Positions 41,235 through 50,650 of a stretch of 64,000 nt of DNA are shown one piece after another (the stretch's first letter is position 1; every line of letters begins with the position of its first letter). The notes below the pieces were generated by a model, which was not told the origin of the DNA, searched no databases, and saw only the letters and a program-made list of their open reading frames with translations. This stretch comes from Candidatus Multivorans sp. (GTDB taxonomy: Bacteria; Acidobacteriota; Thermoanaerobaculia; Multivoradales; Multivoraceae): NCBI GenBank assembly GCA_965224025.1, contig OZ245033.1, positions 418,763-482,762 of the forward strand. The letters run 5' to 3'. The position numbers and the translations under genes were made by a program.

Positions 41235-42466
41235 GGCTGCGGCTCTCCTCCCGCCCGAGCAGCCGTGAGCAGCGCGGCCGCATCTCCGCCGGACCCCGAG
41301 AGTCGATCCAGCTCGCGGTGGGCGGCGAGCGCCGCTTCGTGCAGATCGAGCATCGCCAGTTCCGCTTCGGTCACCGAGCGGTGCGTTTCGAGCAGATCGG
41401 TCACGCCGATCTCGCCCTGGCGAAAGGCCGCCTCGGCGCCATCCAGCATCCGGTCGCTTCGGCTCAGTTCCTGTCGAGCCTCAGTGAGAGCCGCGGACAG
41501 CCGAGCGAAGTTGTCGCTGGCGGCGCCGCGGGAAACGGTCACTTCCCGCTCGATGAGTTCGAGCCGCGCCCGCGCGGCCTCCAGGCCGGCATTCGCGGTC
41601 TTGCGGGATGCCTGCCGGCGAGCGAAGAACGGCAGGGACCAGGCGAGTCCAAAGATGGGCCCGTCGACAGCGCCCGGCGTGAGATCCTGCCGCCGCCAGC
41701 CCACGGTGACCTCTGGGGAAGCAATGAACCGCCGCGTCGCTTCCCGAGCGAGTTCCGCGGCGGCAAGGTCCGCTTCGGCGGCGCGCACCCCGGTACCCAC
41801 CCCATCGAGCGACGGGGCGTCAGGCGGGTCCGGCAGAACCGGGTACGCAGCCGCCGGAAGATCGGGGCGCCAGGCGGCTGCCTCGGCTCGCGCCCCTTCG
41901 CTCGCCACCTCCGCCAGAACAACGCGGGACCTGAGCGTGGCGGCAGCCAGCCGGAGGCGATTCGCTTCCAGTCCCGAAGCTTCTCCCCGTTCGGCCCGCG
42001 CTGCCTCTCGCTCCGCCAGCGACTCGACGCGCTCCGCCTGAGCCGCCAGTAGCTGGCGGCGGGCATTGGCCACCGCCCAGCCGGCGTAGGCCTCCCTCAT
42101 CGCCAGCCGGTAGGTCCGGAACTCGTGCGCCAAACGCGTCCGAACGGCCTGTACCTCCGATTCGCGAGCCTCGATCTCCGGCCCCCGCTCAGCCCCCGGG
42201 ATCTGCCAGGAGACCAGGATGTCGGTCTGCCCGATCGGCCCAGCCGGATCCTCCCGAATGCCTTCCAGCACGGGGTTTGCGAACGTCCTGGCCGCAGTCA
42301 CGCGGGCCTCCGCGTGCGCCAGGGCCTGGACGCTTTCGCGCACGGCCGGGTGCTTCTCGTCGAGCGCCGAGAGGTACTCGGCCTCGGTGAGAACCCGCGG
42401 CTCCTGGGCCCCGCCGGCAGCGGCGATGAGCCACGCCAAGAGACTGATCAGACGGAAACGATGCAT
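41231..42466 (-). CDS. TolC-family outer-membrane efflux protein (CusC/CzcC-like)
   Basis: 411 aa with signal MHRFRLISLLAWLIAAAGGAQ. The Ala/Arg/Glu-rich helical repeats are typical of OEP family proteins. It is the first gene of the efflux operon. Confidence 0.8.
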   Translation of the reverse strand: MHRFRLISLLAWLIAAAGGAQEPRVLTEAEYLSALDEKHPAVRESVQALAHAEARVTAARTFANPVLEGIREDPAGPIGQTDILVSWQIPGAERGPEIEARESEVQAVRTRLAHEFRTYRLAMREAYAGWAVANARRQLLAAQAERVESLAEREAARAERGEASGLEANRLRLAAATLRSRVVLAEVASEGARAEAAAWRPDLPAAAYPVLPDPPDAPSLDGVGTGVRAAEADLAAAELAREATRRFIASPEVTVGWRRQDLTPGAVDGPIFGLAWSLPFFARRQASRKTANAGLEAARARLELIEREVTVSRGAASDNFARLSAALTEARQELSRSDRMLDGAEAAFRQGEIGVTDLLETHRSVTEAELAMLDLHEAALAAHRELDRLSGSGGDAAALLTAARAGGEPQP

Positions 42467-42526
42467 GCTGACTCCTTTCCACGTCGAGGTCTTGGGCTCG
42501 AGATGAGCCCGGCCACGAGCCGTGGA

Positions 42527-42892
42527 TCAGAGAAGCAGGGAGCAGTGGGATCGGAACAGCGGTGTCGGCGGTCCGCGTCTGGACGAGCCGTCGAAGCGCG
42601 ATCCCTCGGCGAGGGTTGCCGTCCGCAAGGCTGACGCGGGAAGCACGGCCGCGAAGGCGGGGCCGGGACCCGGGATCCGCGCCTGACCGTCGAACCACGC
42701 ATCGTGATCGTGGTCCGGCATCGCCTCAAGATCGTGGCGATGGCCGTGGGTGGCCGCCCTCGCCAAGTCGGCGAGTTCATGCTCGTGCGCAGCGCCGTGG
42801 GGGCCGTGATGTTCGACCGTCAGGTGCAGACCAACCCCGAGTGCGGCGGCGCCCGGCGCCATCCATCCCAACAGGATGGCGACTGCAACCAT
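42527..42892 (-). CDS. Small His-rich exported protein upstream of the efflux operon
   Basis: ATG 42892 gives MVAVAILLGWMAPGAAALG, then LHLTVEHHGPHGAAHEHELADLARAATHGHRHDLEAMPDHDHDAW (12 His in this 45-aa stretch). Confidence 0.5.
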   Translation of the reverse strand: MVAVAILLGWMAPGAAALGVGLHLTVEHHGPHGAAHEHELADLARAATHGHRHDLEAMPDHDHDAWFDGQARIPGPGPAFAAVLPASALRTATLAEGSRFDGSSRRGPPTPLFRSHCSLLL

Positions 42893-42987
42893 GCGCTTGA
42901 GCGGGGCGCTCACAAGAGGCACTGTGACAGAAGCGCCACGGTTGGTCAACGAAACCCGCAGTCCACGAACGGCGATACGCTTGCCGC

Positions 42988-45354
42988 TTGCACATGCCGA
43001 AACCAAACCTGGGAACCCGTGTGGCGCGACCTCGCGCCACACGCGAACCACTCCGTGCGCCCGTCATCGGGCGCACGGATGGCACGCGGGCATCCTGCCC
43101 GCATCCGGCCCAACGGGCCGGTCTGCTTGGCGTTGTCCCTTCATACCTGCGGACGCCCCTGCGTCTGTTCTGCGCCGCTCTGGCCTGCTCGATCTTCGCT
43201 GCCTGCGGCGGCGAGTATCCGCCGCCGCCCTCGACGGAGCAGATCCCCTTCACCGAGACGATCCACGGGGTCGAGTTCCAGGATCCCTACCGCTGGCTGG
43301 AGGACCAGGACAGCCCGGCAACCCGCGCCTTCATCGACCGGCAGAACGAGTACGCGGAGCAGATCCTGGGCCAGCCGCCGGAACGCGATTGGGCTCGACG
43401 GCGGCTACGCGAACTCATGGGAACGCCGGCCATCGGCTCGCCCAACAAGGCGGGCGACTACGAGCTCTTCACCCTGCGCCGGGCCGGCGAGGAACTGGCC
43501 TCGATCGTTCGCCGTGAGGCGCCGGAGGATGCGCCCGAGGGTGCACCCGGGCCGATCGACCCGGCGCGCGACTACGAGGTCGTGGTCGACCCGGCGGATC
43601 TCGGCGGCGACTACACGCACCTCGACGTCGTGTCCGTTTCGCCCGACGGGCGGCTCCTGCTCTACAACGTGCGAGTCGGCGGCGAGGACGAGACCACGGC
43701 CCGCTTGCGCGACCTCGAGCAGAACGTCGACCTCGACTTCGAGCTGCCCCGGGCGTTGAACGACCAGGCGTTCTTCGCGAAGGACGGCAGCGGCATCTAC
43801 TACACGGTCCGCGACCGCAGCGAGGGATCGCGCGTTCGTTTCCATACCTTCGGCACCGACCGGGCGGACGATGCTCTCGTGTTCGGCGAGGGAATCGGGC
43901 CGCGGAGCTTCGTCCGCGCCGAGCAGCTCGACGACGCGTTGCTGCTCGTCGGCGTTCAACACGGATGGGCCCGTAGCGACCTCCATCTCGTGGAGGTGGG
44001 AACCTGGAAGGCGACGCCGCTCGTCACCGACACGGAGGCGCGCTTCAACACCCACACCGCCGACGGCAGGCTGTTCGTGCGCACGAACCTGGACGCGCCG
44101 CTGAACCGGCTGATGGAGGTCGACCTCGACCGGCCGGCGGTCGCGAGCCCGGGTGGCGCGTTGTCGCGCCACACGCGAACCAGTCCGAGCGCCCGTCATC
44201 GGGCGCTCGGATGGAACTGGCGCGAGGTCGTGCCCGAAGCCGACGACGTGCTGCAAGGCGTCGCCGTCATCGACGGCAAGCTCTACCTGACCTACCTGCA
44301 CCATGTGGCGAGCCGCATCCGGGTGTTCGAGTTCGACGGCACGCCGGCCGGCGAGGTCGAAGTGCCCGAACACCACAGCGCCAGCATTCGCGCGGCTGGG
44401 GAGGGCAAGGCTCTTCTCTCGCTGGTCTCCTTCCTGCAGCCGCCCGTGACCTGGCTGCTCGATCTGGAGGCGGGCACGCGCGAAATCTTCCGCGAGCCCC
44501 AAGCGCTCTTTTCGGCCGACGGCTACACCGTCCAGCAGGTGCGCTACACCTCGAAGGACGGCACGTCCGCGCCGATGTACGTCGTCCACCGCGAGGACTT
44601 CGAATCCGACGGAAGCGCTCCCGCCCTGCTCAACGGCTATGGCGGCTTCAACGTCTCCCTCACCCCGCGTTTCAATCCGCTGGCGGCCCTGTGGATCGAG
44701 GCCGGCGGCGTGTACGCCGTCGCCACGCTCCGGGGCGGCAGCGAGTACGGCGAGGAGTGGCACCAGGGCGGGATGCTCCACAACAAGCAGAACGTCTTCG
44801 ACGACTTCATCTCGGCCGGCGAATGGCTGATCGCCGAGGGCTACAGCGACCCCGAGCGCCTGGCGATCCACGGCGCGAGCAACGGCGGACTGCTCGTCGG
44901 CGCCTCCTTGACTCAACGCCCCGATCTCTACCGCGCGGTGCTCTGCGGCTTCCCCGAACTCGACCTGATCCGCTTCTACACCTTCACCGACGCGAACAAC
45001 ATGCCCGCCCTGCTCGAGTACGGCGACGGAGAGATTCCCGACCAGTTCGAGTCCCTGCGCGGCTTCTCGCCCTATCAGGCGGTCAAGGACGGCGTCGCCT
45101 ACCCCGCCGTCATGCTGACCCAGGGCGACCGCGACACCCGGGTGCCGCCGCTCCAGGCGCGCAAGATGGCGGCCCGCCTCCAGGCGGCGACGTCTTCGGG
45201 CCTGCCGGTGATCCTGCGCTATCACCCGTACGCCGGGCACGCCGCGAGTCGGGGTCTGCCGACGTCGGAGCGGATCGAGTTCGTGGCGGCGGAGGCTGCG
45301 TTTCTGTTCACGCAGACGGGGTTGGGGGCGGCAGGGACGGCATCGGGTGACTGA
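42988..45354 (+). CDS. Prolyl oligopeptidase (S9A) family serine peptidase, lipoprotein
   Basis: [24 protein letters not shown], nucleophile elbow [21 protein letters not shown], and YAGHA. The first ~50 codons of the track ORF are REP-B sequence. A lipobox IFAACGG lies at ~43190. The nearest in-frame start-like codon is CTG 43147. Confidence 0.85.
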   Translation: MHMPKPNLGTRVARPRATREPLRAPVIGRTDGTRASCPHPAQRAGLLGVVPSYLRTPLRLFCAALACSIFAACGGEYPPPPSTEQIPFTETIHGVEFQDPYRWLEDQDSPATRAFIDRQNEYAEQILGQPPERDWARRRLRELMGTPAIGSPNKAGDYELFTLRRAGEELASIVRREAPEDAPEGAPGPIDPARDYEVVVDPADLGGDYTHLDVVSVSPDGRLLLYNVRVGGEDETTARLRDLEQNVDLDFELPRALNDQAFFAKDGSGIYYTVRDRSEGSRVRFHTFGTDRADDALVFGEGIGPRSFVRAEQLDDALLLVGVQHGWARSDLHLVEVGTWKATPLVTDTEARFNTHTADGRLFVRTNLDAPLNRLMEVDLDRPAVASPGGALSRHTRTSPSARHRALGWNWREVVPEADDVLQGVAVIDGKLYLTYLHHVASRIRVFEFDGTPAGEVEVPEHHSASIRAAGEGKALLSLVSFLQPPVTWLLDLEAGTREIFREPQALFSADGYTVQQVRYTSKDGTSAPMYVVHREDFESDGSAPALLNGYGGFNVSLTPRFNPLAALWIEAGGVYAVATLRGGSEYGEEWHQGGMLHNKQNVFDDFISAGEWLIAEGYSDPERLAIHGASNGGLLVGASLTQRPDLYRAVLCGFPELDLIRFYTFTDANNMPALLEYGDGEIPDQFESLRGFSPYQAVKDGVAYPAVMLTQGDRDTRVPPLQARKMAARLQAATSSGLPVILRYHPYAGHAASRGLPTSERIEFVAAEAAFLFTQTGLGAAGTASGD
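43021..43110. repeat. REP-B family copy (full: two hairpins plus GCGGGCATCCTGCCCGC module)
   Basis: GTGGCGCGACCTCGCGCCAC ACGCGAACCACT CCGTGCGCCCGTCATCGGGCGCACGG ATGGCAC GCGGGCATCCTGCCCGC ATCCGG. Confidence 0.8.
44153..44214. repeat. REP-B copy inserted in frame inside the peptidase CDS
   Basis: GTGGCGCGTTGTCGCGCCACACGCGAACCAGTCCGAGCGCCCGTCATCGGGCGCTCGGATGG is translated as [21 protein letters not shown]. Confidence 0.8.
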
Positions 45355-45590
45355 CTGCAGATCGAAATGCGGAGCTATGCAAGACTTCGACATCGCTCCA
45401 GAGGCGGTGCCGAAGTTCGGCACAACGCCCGTTCCATCCCGAATCCGGGCAGTCTCCACCCGGACGAGGGGCGGTGCCGATCCCGCCATGCGGCGTGCTA
45501 GGTTCGCCACGCGGCATCTCTGTTCACGGAGTGGTCGTCGATGCTAAGCTGCACCGTTGCTCTTCCTGAACCACCGAGGAGCCCGATCCA

Positions 45591-45836
45591 ATGAGTGAAG
45601 CGCTTCTAGATGCCCCGCCCGGCAAGGAGAAACAGATCTTCTTCGAGTCCTTGGAAGCCGCCGAGGAAGCGGCTCGTCTGCGAAAGAGGGGCGCGACCGA
45701 GTCCGGCTTGGTGATTCGCGTTGAGCGTTCGCCATATGGTGCCGGATATGTCGTGCGCTCGGTTCCGCTTGGTTTCCTCAGCAGGCCGCGGCTCCGGCCA
45801 CTTCTCCGGCCGCTAGCGCGAAACTACGGCCAGTGA
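45591..45836 (+). CDS. Hypothetical small protein
   Basis: 81-aa ORF after GAGGAG, with no family recognised. A 26-codon ORF (GTG 45833..TAG 45913) overlaps its stop (GTGA). Confidence 0.35.
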   Translation: MSEALLDAPPGKEKQIFFESLEAAEEAARLRKRGATESGLVIRVERSPYGAGYVVRSVPLGFLSRPRLRPLLRPLARNYGQ

Positions 45837-45940
45837 CCGAAGAGAAGGAGTTGACCAGGCTCGGCGCGATAAGAGAGCTCATCGAACTCGAGCAACGCTG
45901 CGGACTCGTCTAGCTTGCCGCAGTAGCGTCGCTGCTTCGG

Positions 45941-46000
45941 CACGCGCCGCGCCACCTGTGAACCAGTCCGTGCGCCCGCCATCGGGCGCACGGATGGCAG
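45941..46000. repeat. REP-B family copy
   Basis: GCGCCGCGCCACCTGTGAACCAGTCCGTGCGCCCGCCATCGGGCGCACGGATGGCAGG. Confidence 0.75.
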
Positions 46001-46027
46001 GCCGGCACACCCAGTGGCTGGCGGGGG

Positions 46028-46566
46028 CTACGGCAGGGGGAAGTCCTCCAGGTAGTACTCGTAGTCGGGCTCGACGTCGGTGTCGAGCGTGTCGAGTACG
46101 CGGACGACGCCGTTGTAGAACGCGACGATGATCGTCAGTTCGACCAGGAGCTCCGCGTCCAGGTGAGGTCGCAGAGCGTCGAGATCTCGGCGCTGATGCC
46201 GGGGCCGAGCGTGGCCTCGTCGGTGGCGGTCAGGACCAGCCGCTCCATCTCGGTGAGCGCCTCGGCCTCCGGCCCCACGGCCACGGCCCGGATATCGTCG
46301 TCCGAGAGGCCGAAGTGGCGGCCGAGCTGGACGTGGTGGCTGTACTCGTAATCGGTCCGTGTCACTACGCCGACGCGGAGGATCGCCATCTCCCGTAACC
46401 GGGGGTCGGAGCGGGACTTGAAACGAATCCACGCGCCGAGCTGGCGAAACGCCCGCGTGCCGGATGGGCTGTAGACGAGGATCCGCGCCAGGTTGATCGG
46501 CGGATTGAGCAGGTCGCGGTCCGGTGGAGCGAGATCGTCGGCGTTCAGGTAGGGAAGTCGAGCCAT
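46028..46566 (-). pseudogene. Carboxymuconolactone decarboxylase (AhpD-like) family gene with one frameshift
   Basis: ATG 46566 gives MARLPYLNADDLAPPDRDLL..EYSHHVQLGRHFGLSDDDI..GPGISAEI. The expected tail DALRPHLDAELLVELTIIVAFYNGVVRVLDTL.. then continues in another frame (~46183). Confidence 0.7.
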
Positions 46567-46607
46567 GGAGGACCTTTCTCGGGGTTTGGTGGTTCGGCGA
46601 AGGCCGG

Positions 46608-47065
46608 TCAGCGGACGGGAGACAACACGGTGACGCCGCCGTCGACGACGAGCGCCTGGCCGGTGATGTAGCGCGCGTGTTCGGAGGCCAAGAACACGAC
46701 CGCGCGACCGATGTCCCAGCCGGTTCCTTCGATCCGCAGCGCCGAGGCGTTCTTGCGCCGTTCGCGGATCTCGGGCGTCATCGTCGGGCGCTGGACCATC
46801 GGCGTCCACACCTGCCCGGGGAGCCGCCTTCTCCCTCGATCATCTCGATGGTGCCACGGCCCGCTTCCTCGTTTCGGTCCACGACCACGACCTTGGCTCC
46901 ACCCCGGGCAAGGAGGATCGCGGCGGCGCGGCCATTCCCGATTCCGTCGCCTCGCGCTCCGCCTCCGATCACCACGGCTGTCCGGCCGCTGAAATCGATG
47001 CGATCTCCGCCTGACGAGGAGCTCTCTCCAGCCGTGCTCACCTGCCCAGCACCGCCTCCCTGCAT
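46608..47065 (-). pseudogene. Short-chain dehydrogenase/reductase gene with a large internal deletion and frame change
   Basis: The N-terminal Rossmann part is GRTAVVIGGGARGDGIGNGRAAAILLARGGAKVVVVDRN. It is joined at ~46800 to the C-terminal part VWTPMV..MTPEIRERR..GTGWDIGRAVVFLASEHARYITGQALVVDGG in a different frame. The catalytic middle is missing. Confidence 0.65.
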
Positions 47066-48591
47066 TCGAAGCTGGCCGCGTCCCTGGGATCGCCGCTGCC
47101 GGAGTAGACCGCCACCCGCGGATACCGACAGATCGGCCGCGATTCGGCGATCTCGCCGTCGCCCCCGTCATCCCGGCGGACTCCGTCCAGCGTCTCGGGC
47201 GCAACGCCCTCCTCGACCCAGCGGACAACGGCGGCGAAGGGGTTGTCCGGAGTACGACCCGGAATGTCGCGGCAATGCAACGCGCCGGGGGCCAGGAAGA
47301 GGCGCAGGAGGTCGCCGGTATCGCCCATGCGACGCTCGACGCCCTCGAACCAGTCGATCGTGCCCTGGGTGTAGATCAGCGGATCGGACCAGCCGTGCCA
47401 GACGATCGCCTTGCCGTCGCTGTCGCGAAAGCCCGAGAGATCGGCGCGGTCGGTGCCGAACACACGCCCGAACTCTTCGACGGACTGATCCCAGTAGTGC
47501 TCGTAGGAGGCCTGGGTCAGCGCGGTCCAGTCGAAGTCCGGGTCGCGGGCCAGGAAGTAGCGGAACCAGTCCAGGGTGATCCGCATCGGCCGGCCCGCGG
47601 GCGGATCGCCGGCCGTCCCGTTCAGAGGCATGAAGTCGGTCCCGAGCGCGAGGCCGTACCAGAGGAAGGAGCCGTCTCGTCTACGGGGGCCTTCGAGGAT
47701 CTTCCGGATGACGGCGATGTCGGCCTCGGTGACTGGCCCGCAATCTTCAGCCTCGGCGCCGAGGAGTTCCGCAGGATCGAACGGACACTGCCGCGGTTCG
47801 GGGATCACGCCGTCGGCGACGCCGTCCTGCAGGTCACAGGCTTCGACCGCCCCTGCCTGGGCTAGCCGGAAGGCGCACGGACGCACGAAGTGGCCGCTCT
47901 CGAGCATGACGAGTTGTCCCCACATCTGGGCGAGGTGCAACCGGTCCCAGTTGATCGCCGGCGCGCCGGAGAGGACGCCGTCGTAGTCGTCGGGGTAGCG
48001 CTGGATCTCCATCAACCCCTGGCGGCCGCCTGTGGAGCAGCCGCGGAAGTAGGAGTACTTCGGCGGCCGGTCGTAGAAGGCCGTGGTCAGTTCCTTGCCG
48101 ACCCGGGTCATCGCGTGGATGCCGAGGTAGGCGTTGTCGCGGATCAGCATCCACTCGAGAGCGCCGTCGGCACCGAGCGCGAAGCTGCCGCCGCCCTCGT
48201 GGCCCGTGTCCGTGGCGGCCGCCGCGAAGCCTTCCCGTACGGCGCCCGGGAGCGTGCGCGGACTGCCGCCGGAGAAGCCGCCGCCGCCGGTGCCGAGGAA
48301 GCGGCCGTTCCAGGCTTCGAGGGGAAGGGCTACCCAGATCGTGATGCGGTCGTTGGCCGGTGGGTGGGTGGCGGCGACGGTGACCCGGCTGTAGGGAGGG
48401 CCGCCGGGGCCGGCGGTTTCGACGACGGCCGAGTCGACGGTGGCGTCGGCGAGTTCAAGGCCGGCGAGGCTCTCGCAGGTTCGGGCAGGTTCGACGGAGG
48501 CGTAGACCGGCGGCGGAGTCCATTGCCCGGCCGCGGGGACGGCGAGGGCCGCCGTCAGGGCGAGGACGGCGGTGATCAGGGAGTACTTCAC
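47038..48591 (-). CDS. Tannase/feruloyl-esterase family hydrolase
   Basis: GTG 48591 gives (M)KYSLITAVLALTAALAVPAAGQ. Also NGRFLGTGGGGFSG, ATDTGHEG and YFRGCSTGGRQGLMEIQRYPDDYDGVLSGAPA. Upstream codons of the track ORF are REP-A. Confidence 0.85.
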   Translation of the reverse strand: MKYSLITAVLALTAALAVPAAGQWTPPPVYASVEPARTCESLAGLELADATVDSAVVETAGPGGPPYSRVTVAATHPPANDRITIWVALPLEAWNGRFLGTGGGGFSGGSPRTLPGAVREGFAAAATDTGHEGGGSFALGADGALEWMLIRDNAYLGIHAMTRVGKELTTAFYDRPPKYSYFRGCSTGGRQGLMEIQRYPDDYDGVLSGAPAINWDRLHLAQMWGQLVMLESGHFVRPCAFRLAQAGAVEACDLQDGVADGVIPEPRQCPFDPAELLGAEAEDCGPVTEADIAVIRKILEGPRRRDGSFLWYGLALGTDFMPLNGTAGDPPAGRPMRITLDWFRYFLARDPDFDWTALTQASYEHYWDQSVEEFGRVFGTDRADLSGFRDSDGKAIVWHGWSDPLIYTQGTIDWFEGVERRMGDTGDLLRLFLAPGALHCRDIPGRTPDNPFAAVVRWVEEGVAPETLDGVRRDDGGDGEIAESRPICRYPRVAVYSGSGDPRDAASFECREAVLGR

Positions 48592-48611
48592 GGGTCCGTC
48601 GCAGAGCTGAA

Positions 48612-48725
48612 GGCGCAGTATGGTCGCCGCTTCGCGGCGCGTCTTTCTGGCCGCCTTCGGCGGCAGCGGGCCAGAAGGCCCGCGCACCCAGAGACACACC
48701 GTGCCGCTCCAGCCTGCGCTACACG
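48612..48725. repeat. REP-A family copy
   Basis: GCAGTATGGTCGCCGCTTCGCGGCG...GCCGCCTTCGGCGGC AGC GGGCCAGAAGGCCCGC GCACCCAGAGA. Confidence 0.8.
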
Positions 48726-48783
48726 GGCAGAGGGTATCGTCGCCGGCACATCACCTCGGAGTCGTCCACAAGGAGTACTCAGA

Positions 48784-49875
48784 ATGACGAGATCGAGCGC
48801 CCGAACTTCCCCGGCTCTTCCGCTGACTCTGGCTCTGGCCCTGGCCCTGGCGTTGAGCCTCGGCGCCGGCTACCAGGCAGCGGCTCAGGAATCCGGCTCG
48901 GAGGGTTCATGGAACATCGGCGAGCGCACCGTACCGGCCCCGGCGGGCGCCAGCGACGAACTTCGGGCGGCGCTCGCTGCGATGCCCGCCCCCAACGTGG
49001 CTGCCTCCCAGGCGCAGACCCCTCAGACCGAGGAACAGTGGCTGGCAATCCAGGCGGGCTCCGCCAACGCCGATCTCGAACAGATGGCAAGCGGGTACGG
49101 CCTCAAGATCGAGAAGGACGAGATCGAGGGAGTCGCCGTGTACCGGGTGACGCCGAGCGAGATCGACCCGGCGCACGCGAGGCACATGTTCCTGCACGTC
49201 CACGGCGGCGCCTACGTCCTCGGCGGCGGCGACGCCTCGGCCACCGAGGCTGCCCTGGTTGCGGCCCGGGCCGGCATCCCTGCCCTCTCCGTCGACTACC
49301 GCATGCCGCCCAGGCACCCCTTTCCGGCCGCGGTCGACGATGTCGTCAAGGTCTACCGGCATCTCCTCGAAAGCCGATCCGCGAAGTCGATCGCCATCGG
49401 CGGGACATCCACGGGCGGCGGCCTGGCGCTGGCGTCCGTTCATCGCTTCCGGGCACTCGGCCTCGAGACGCCCGGCGCCATCTACGCGGGAACCCCATGG
49501 GCAGACCTGACCAAGACGGGGGACTCCCTGTTCACGAACGAAGGGCTGGATCGCGTCCTGGTGACCTACGACGGGCTCCTGGGGGCGGCCGCGCTGCTAT
49601 ACGCGGATGGCCACGACCTCAAGGACCCGCTCATCTCTCCTGTGTACGGAGACTTCTCGGGATTCCCGCCGACGTACCTGATCACCGGCACCCGCGACAT
49701 GTTCCTGAGCGACACCGCGCGCACGCACCGCAAGATGCGCGAGGCGGGAGCGGTCGCCGACCTTCACGTCTACGAAGGCGTCGCGCACGCTGACTACCTG
49801 ATCCTCACCGAATCGCCGGAGTCGGAAGATGTGTTCAGGGAGGTCGGCGCGTTCTTCAGGAAGCACCTGGAGTAG
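48784..49875 (+). CDS. Alpha/beta hydrolase (hormone-sensitive-lipase-like esterase), secreted
   Basis: Has a signal peptide, the oxyanion motif HVHGGAY, the nucleophile elbow GGTSTGG, and a C-terminal YEGVAHAD. Confidence 0.85.
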   Translation: MTRSSARTSPALPLTLALALALALSLGAGYQAAAQESGSEGSWNIGERTVPAPAGASDELRAALAAMPAPNVAASQAQTPQTEEQWLAIQAGSANADLEQMASGYGLKIEKDEIEGVAVYRVTPSEIDPAHARHMFLHVHGGAYVLGGGDASATEAALVAARAGIPALSVDYRMPPRHPFPAAVDDVVKVYRHLLESRSAKSIAIGGTSTGGGLALASVHRFRALGLETPGAIYAGTPWADLTKTGDSLFTNEGLDRVLVTYDGLLGAAALLYADGHDLKDPLISPVYGDFSGFPPTYLITGTRDMFLSDTARTHRKMREAGAVADLHVYEGVAHADYLILTESPESEDVFREVGAFFRKHLE

Positions 49876-49880
49876 GAGAG

Positions 49881-49950
49881 GTCGTCGCCGTTTCGCGGCC
49901 GTTGTTTCCGCGGGTCAGAAGACCCGCGGCTACAGGCCGGAATACCCAGC
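49881..49950. repeat. REP-A family copy (partial)
   Basis: CCGTTGTTTCC GCGGGTCAGAAGACCCGC GGCTACAGGCCGG matches 25291..25325. Confidence 0.7.
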
Positions 49951-50006
49951 AAGACGCCGTTGCCAAACGAGGCCTTTCTGCCTTGGACGTACGGCTCGGC
50001 CAGCTA

Positions 50007-50378
50007 CTAACTGCTGCGATTGGCCGTGAACTCGCGTTCGCCGCGGGGGGTGACCATCTTGCCGGTCATCGTGTCGCCATCGACCGTCGCCTCGAAGTTC
50101 AGATCGAAGGTCTGGCCGCCCCTGCCCACTTCGCGTCCGAACTTGAGCGTCTCGCCGTCCCAGGACACGTTCGTCAGGTCGCCGCTTCGGCGTGGGTTGC
50201 TCCAGGCGCCCTTGAGCTTGCCGTCCACCTCCGTGAACTCGTAGACGACCTCGAAGGCACCCTGTGGCGTTTGGGCCATCGACGTCCACTTGCCGAGGAC
50301 GGGGGCGTTGTCGGCGGCCAGCGCGGCCGGGGCCAGCGCCAGAAGGAGGGAAGCGGCGATCAGGATGGTCTGTCTCAT
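50007..50378 (-). CDS. Hypothetical small periplasmic protein
   Basis: Signal MRQTILIAASLLLALAPAALA. The product is 123 aa with beta-rich composition, and no family was recognised. Confidence 0.6.
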   Translation of the reverse strand: MRQTILIAASLLLALAPAALAADNAPVLGKWTSMAQTPQGAFEVVYEFTEVDGKLKGAWSNPRRSGDLTNVSWDGETLKFGREVGRGGQTFDLNFEATVDGDTMTGKMVTPRGEREFTANRSS

Positions 50379-50587
50379 GGCGGGCTCCTCAGGAGGTTCG
50401 GTGCTCGTGTGTTGGCGGCGGTCGCCGGGCAGCGACTGAACGTGCCGGTATCCGTAGCCGCTCGTAGGATGGGTTTGTCTTGGGTGTAAGGACGACCGTC
50501 GTTGCCGTTTTGTTCCTGTCGGCTGGGGTTGCGCCGGCGGGGAGCGCGTGCCTGTCCTTCTTCCCGAAACCGGCTAGAGGGGAACCG

Positions 50588-50650
50588 ATGAAGATTGAAC
50601 ATTTCAAGTGCGCGGTCGCCGACCTCGCCGAGGGAAGGTGGAAGCGATGA
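50588..50650 (+). other. 20-codon upstream ORF that duplicates the 5' end of the next gene
   Basis: ATGAAGATTGAACATTTCAAGTGCGCGGTCGCCGACCTCGCCGAGGGAA compared with ATGAAGATTGACCACTTCATGTACGCGGCCGCCGACCTCGACGAAGGAA shows 7 mismatches in 49 nt. Its TGA overlaps the downstream ATG (ATGA). Confidence 0.6.

Noticed and set aside
44595-44615. tRNA T-arm-like TTCGAATCC
   Set aside because: It lies inside the peptidase CDS with no acceptor or anticodon arms around it. No tRNA-like cloverleaf was found anywhere in the window.
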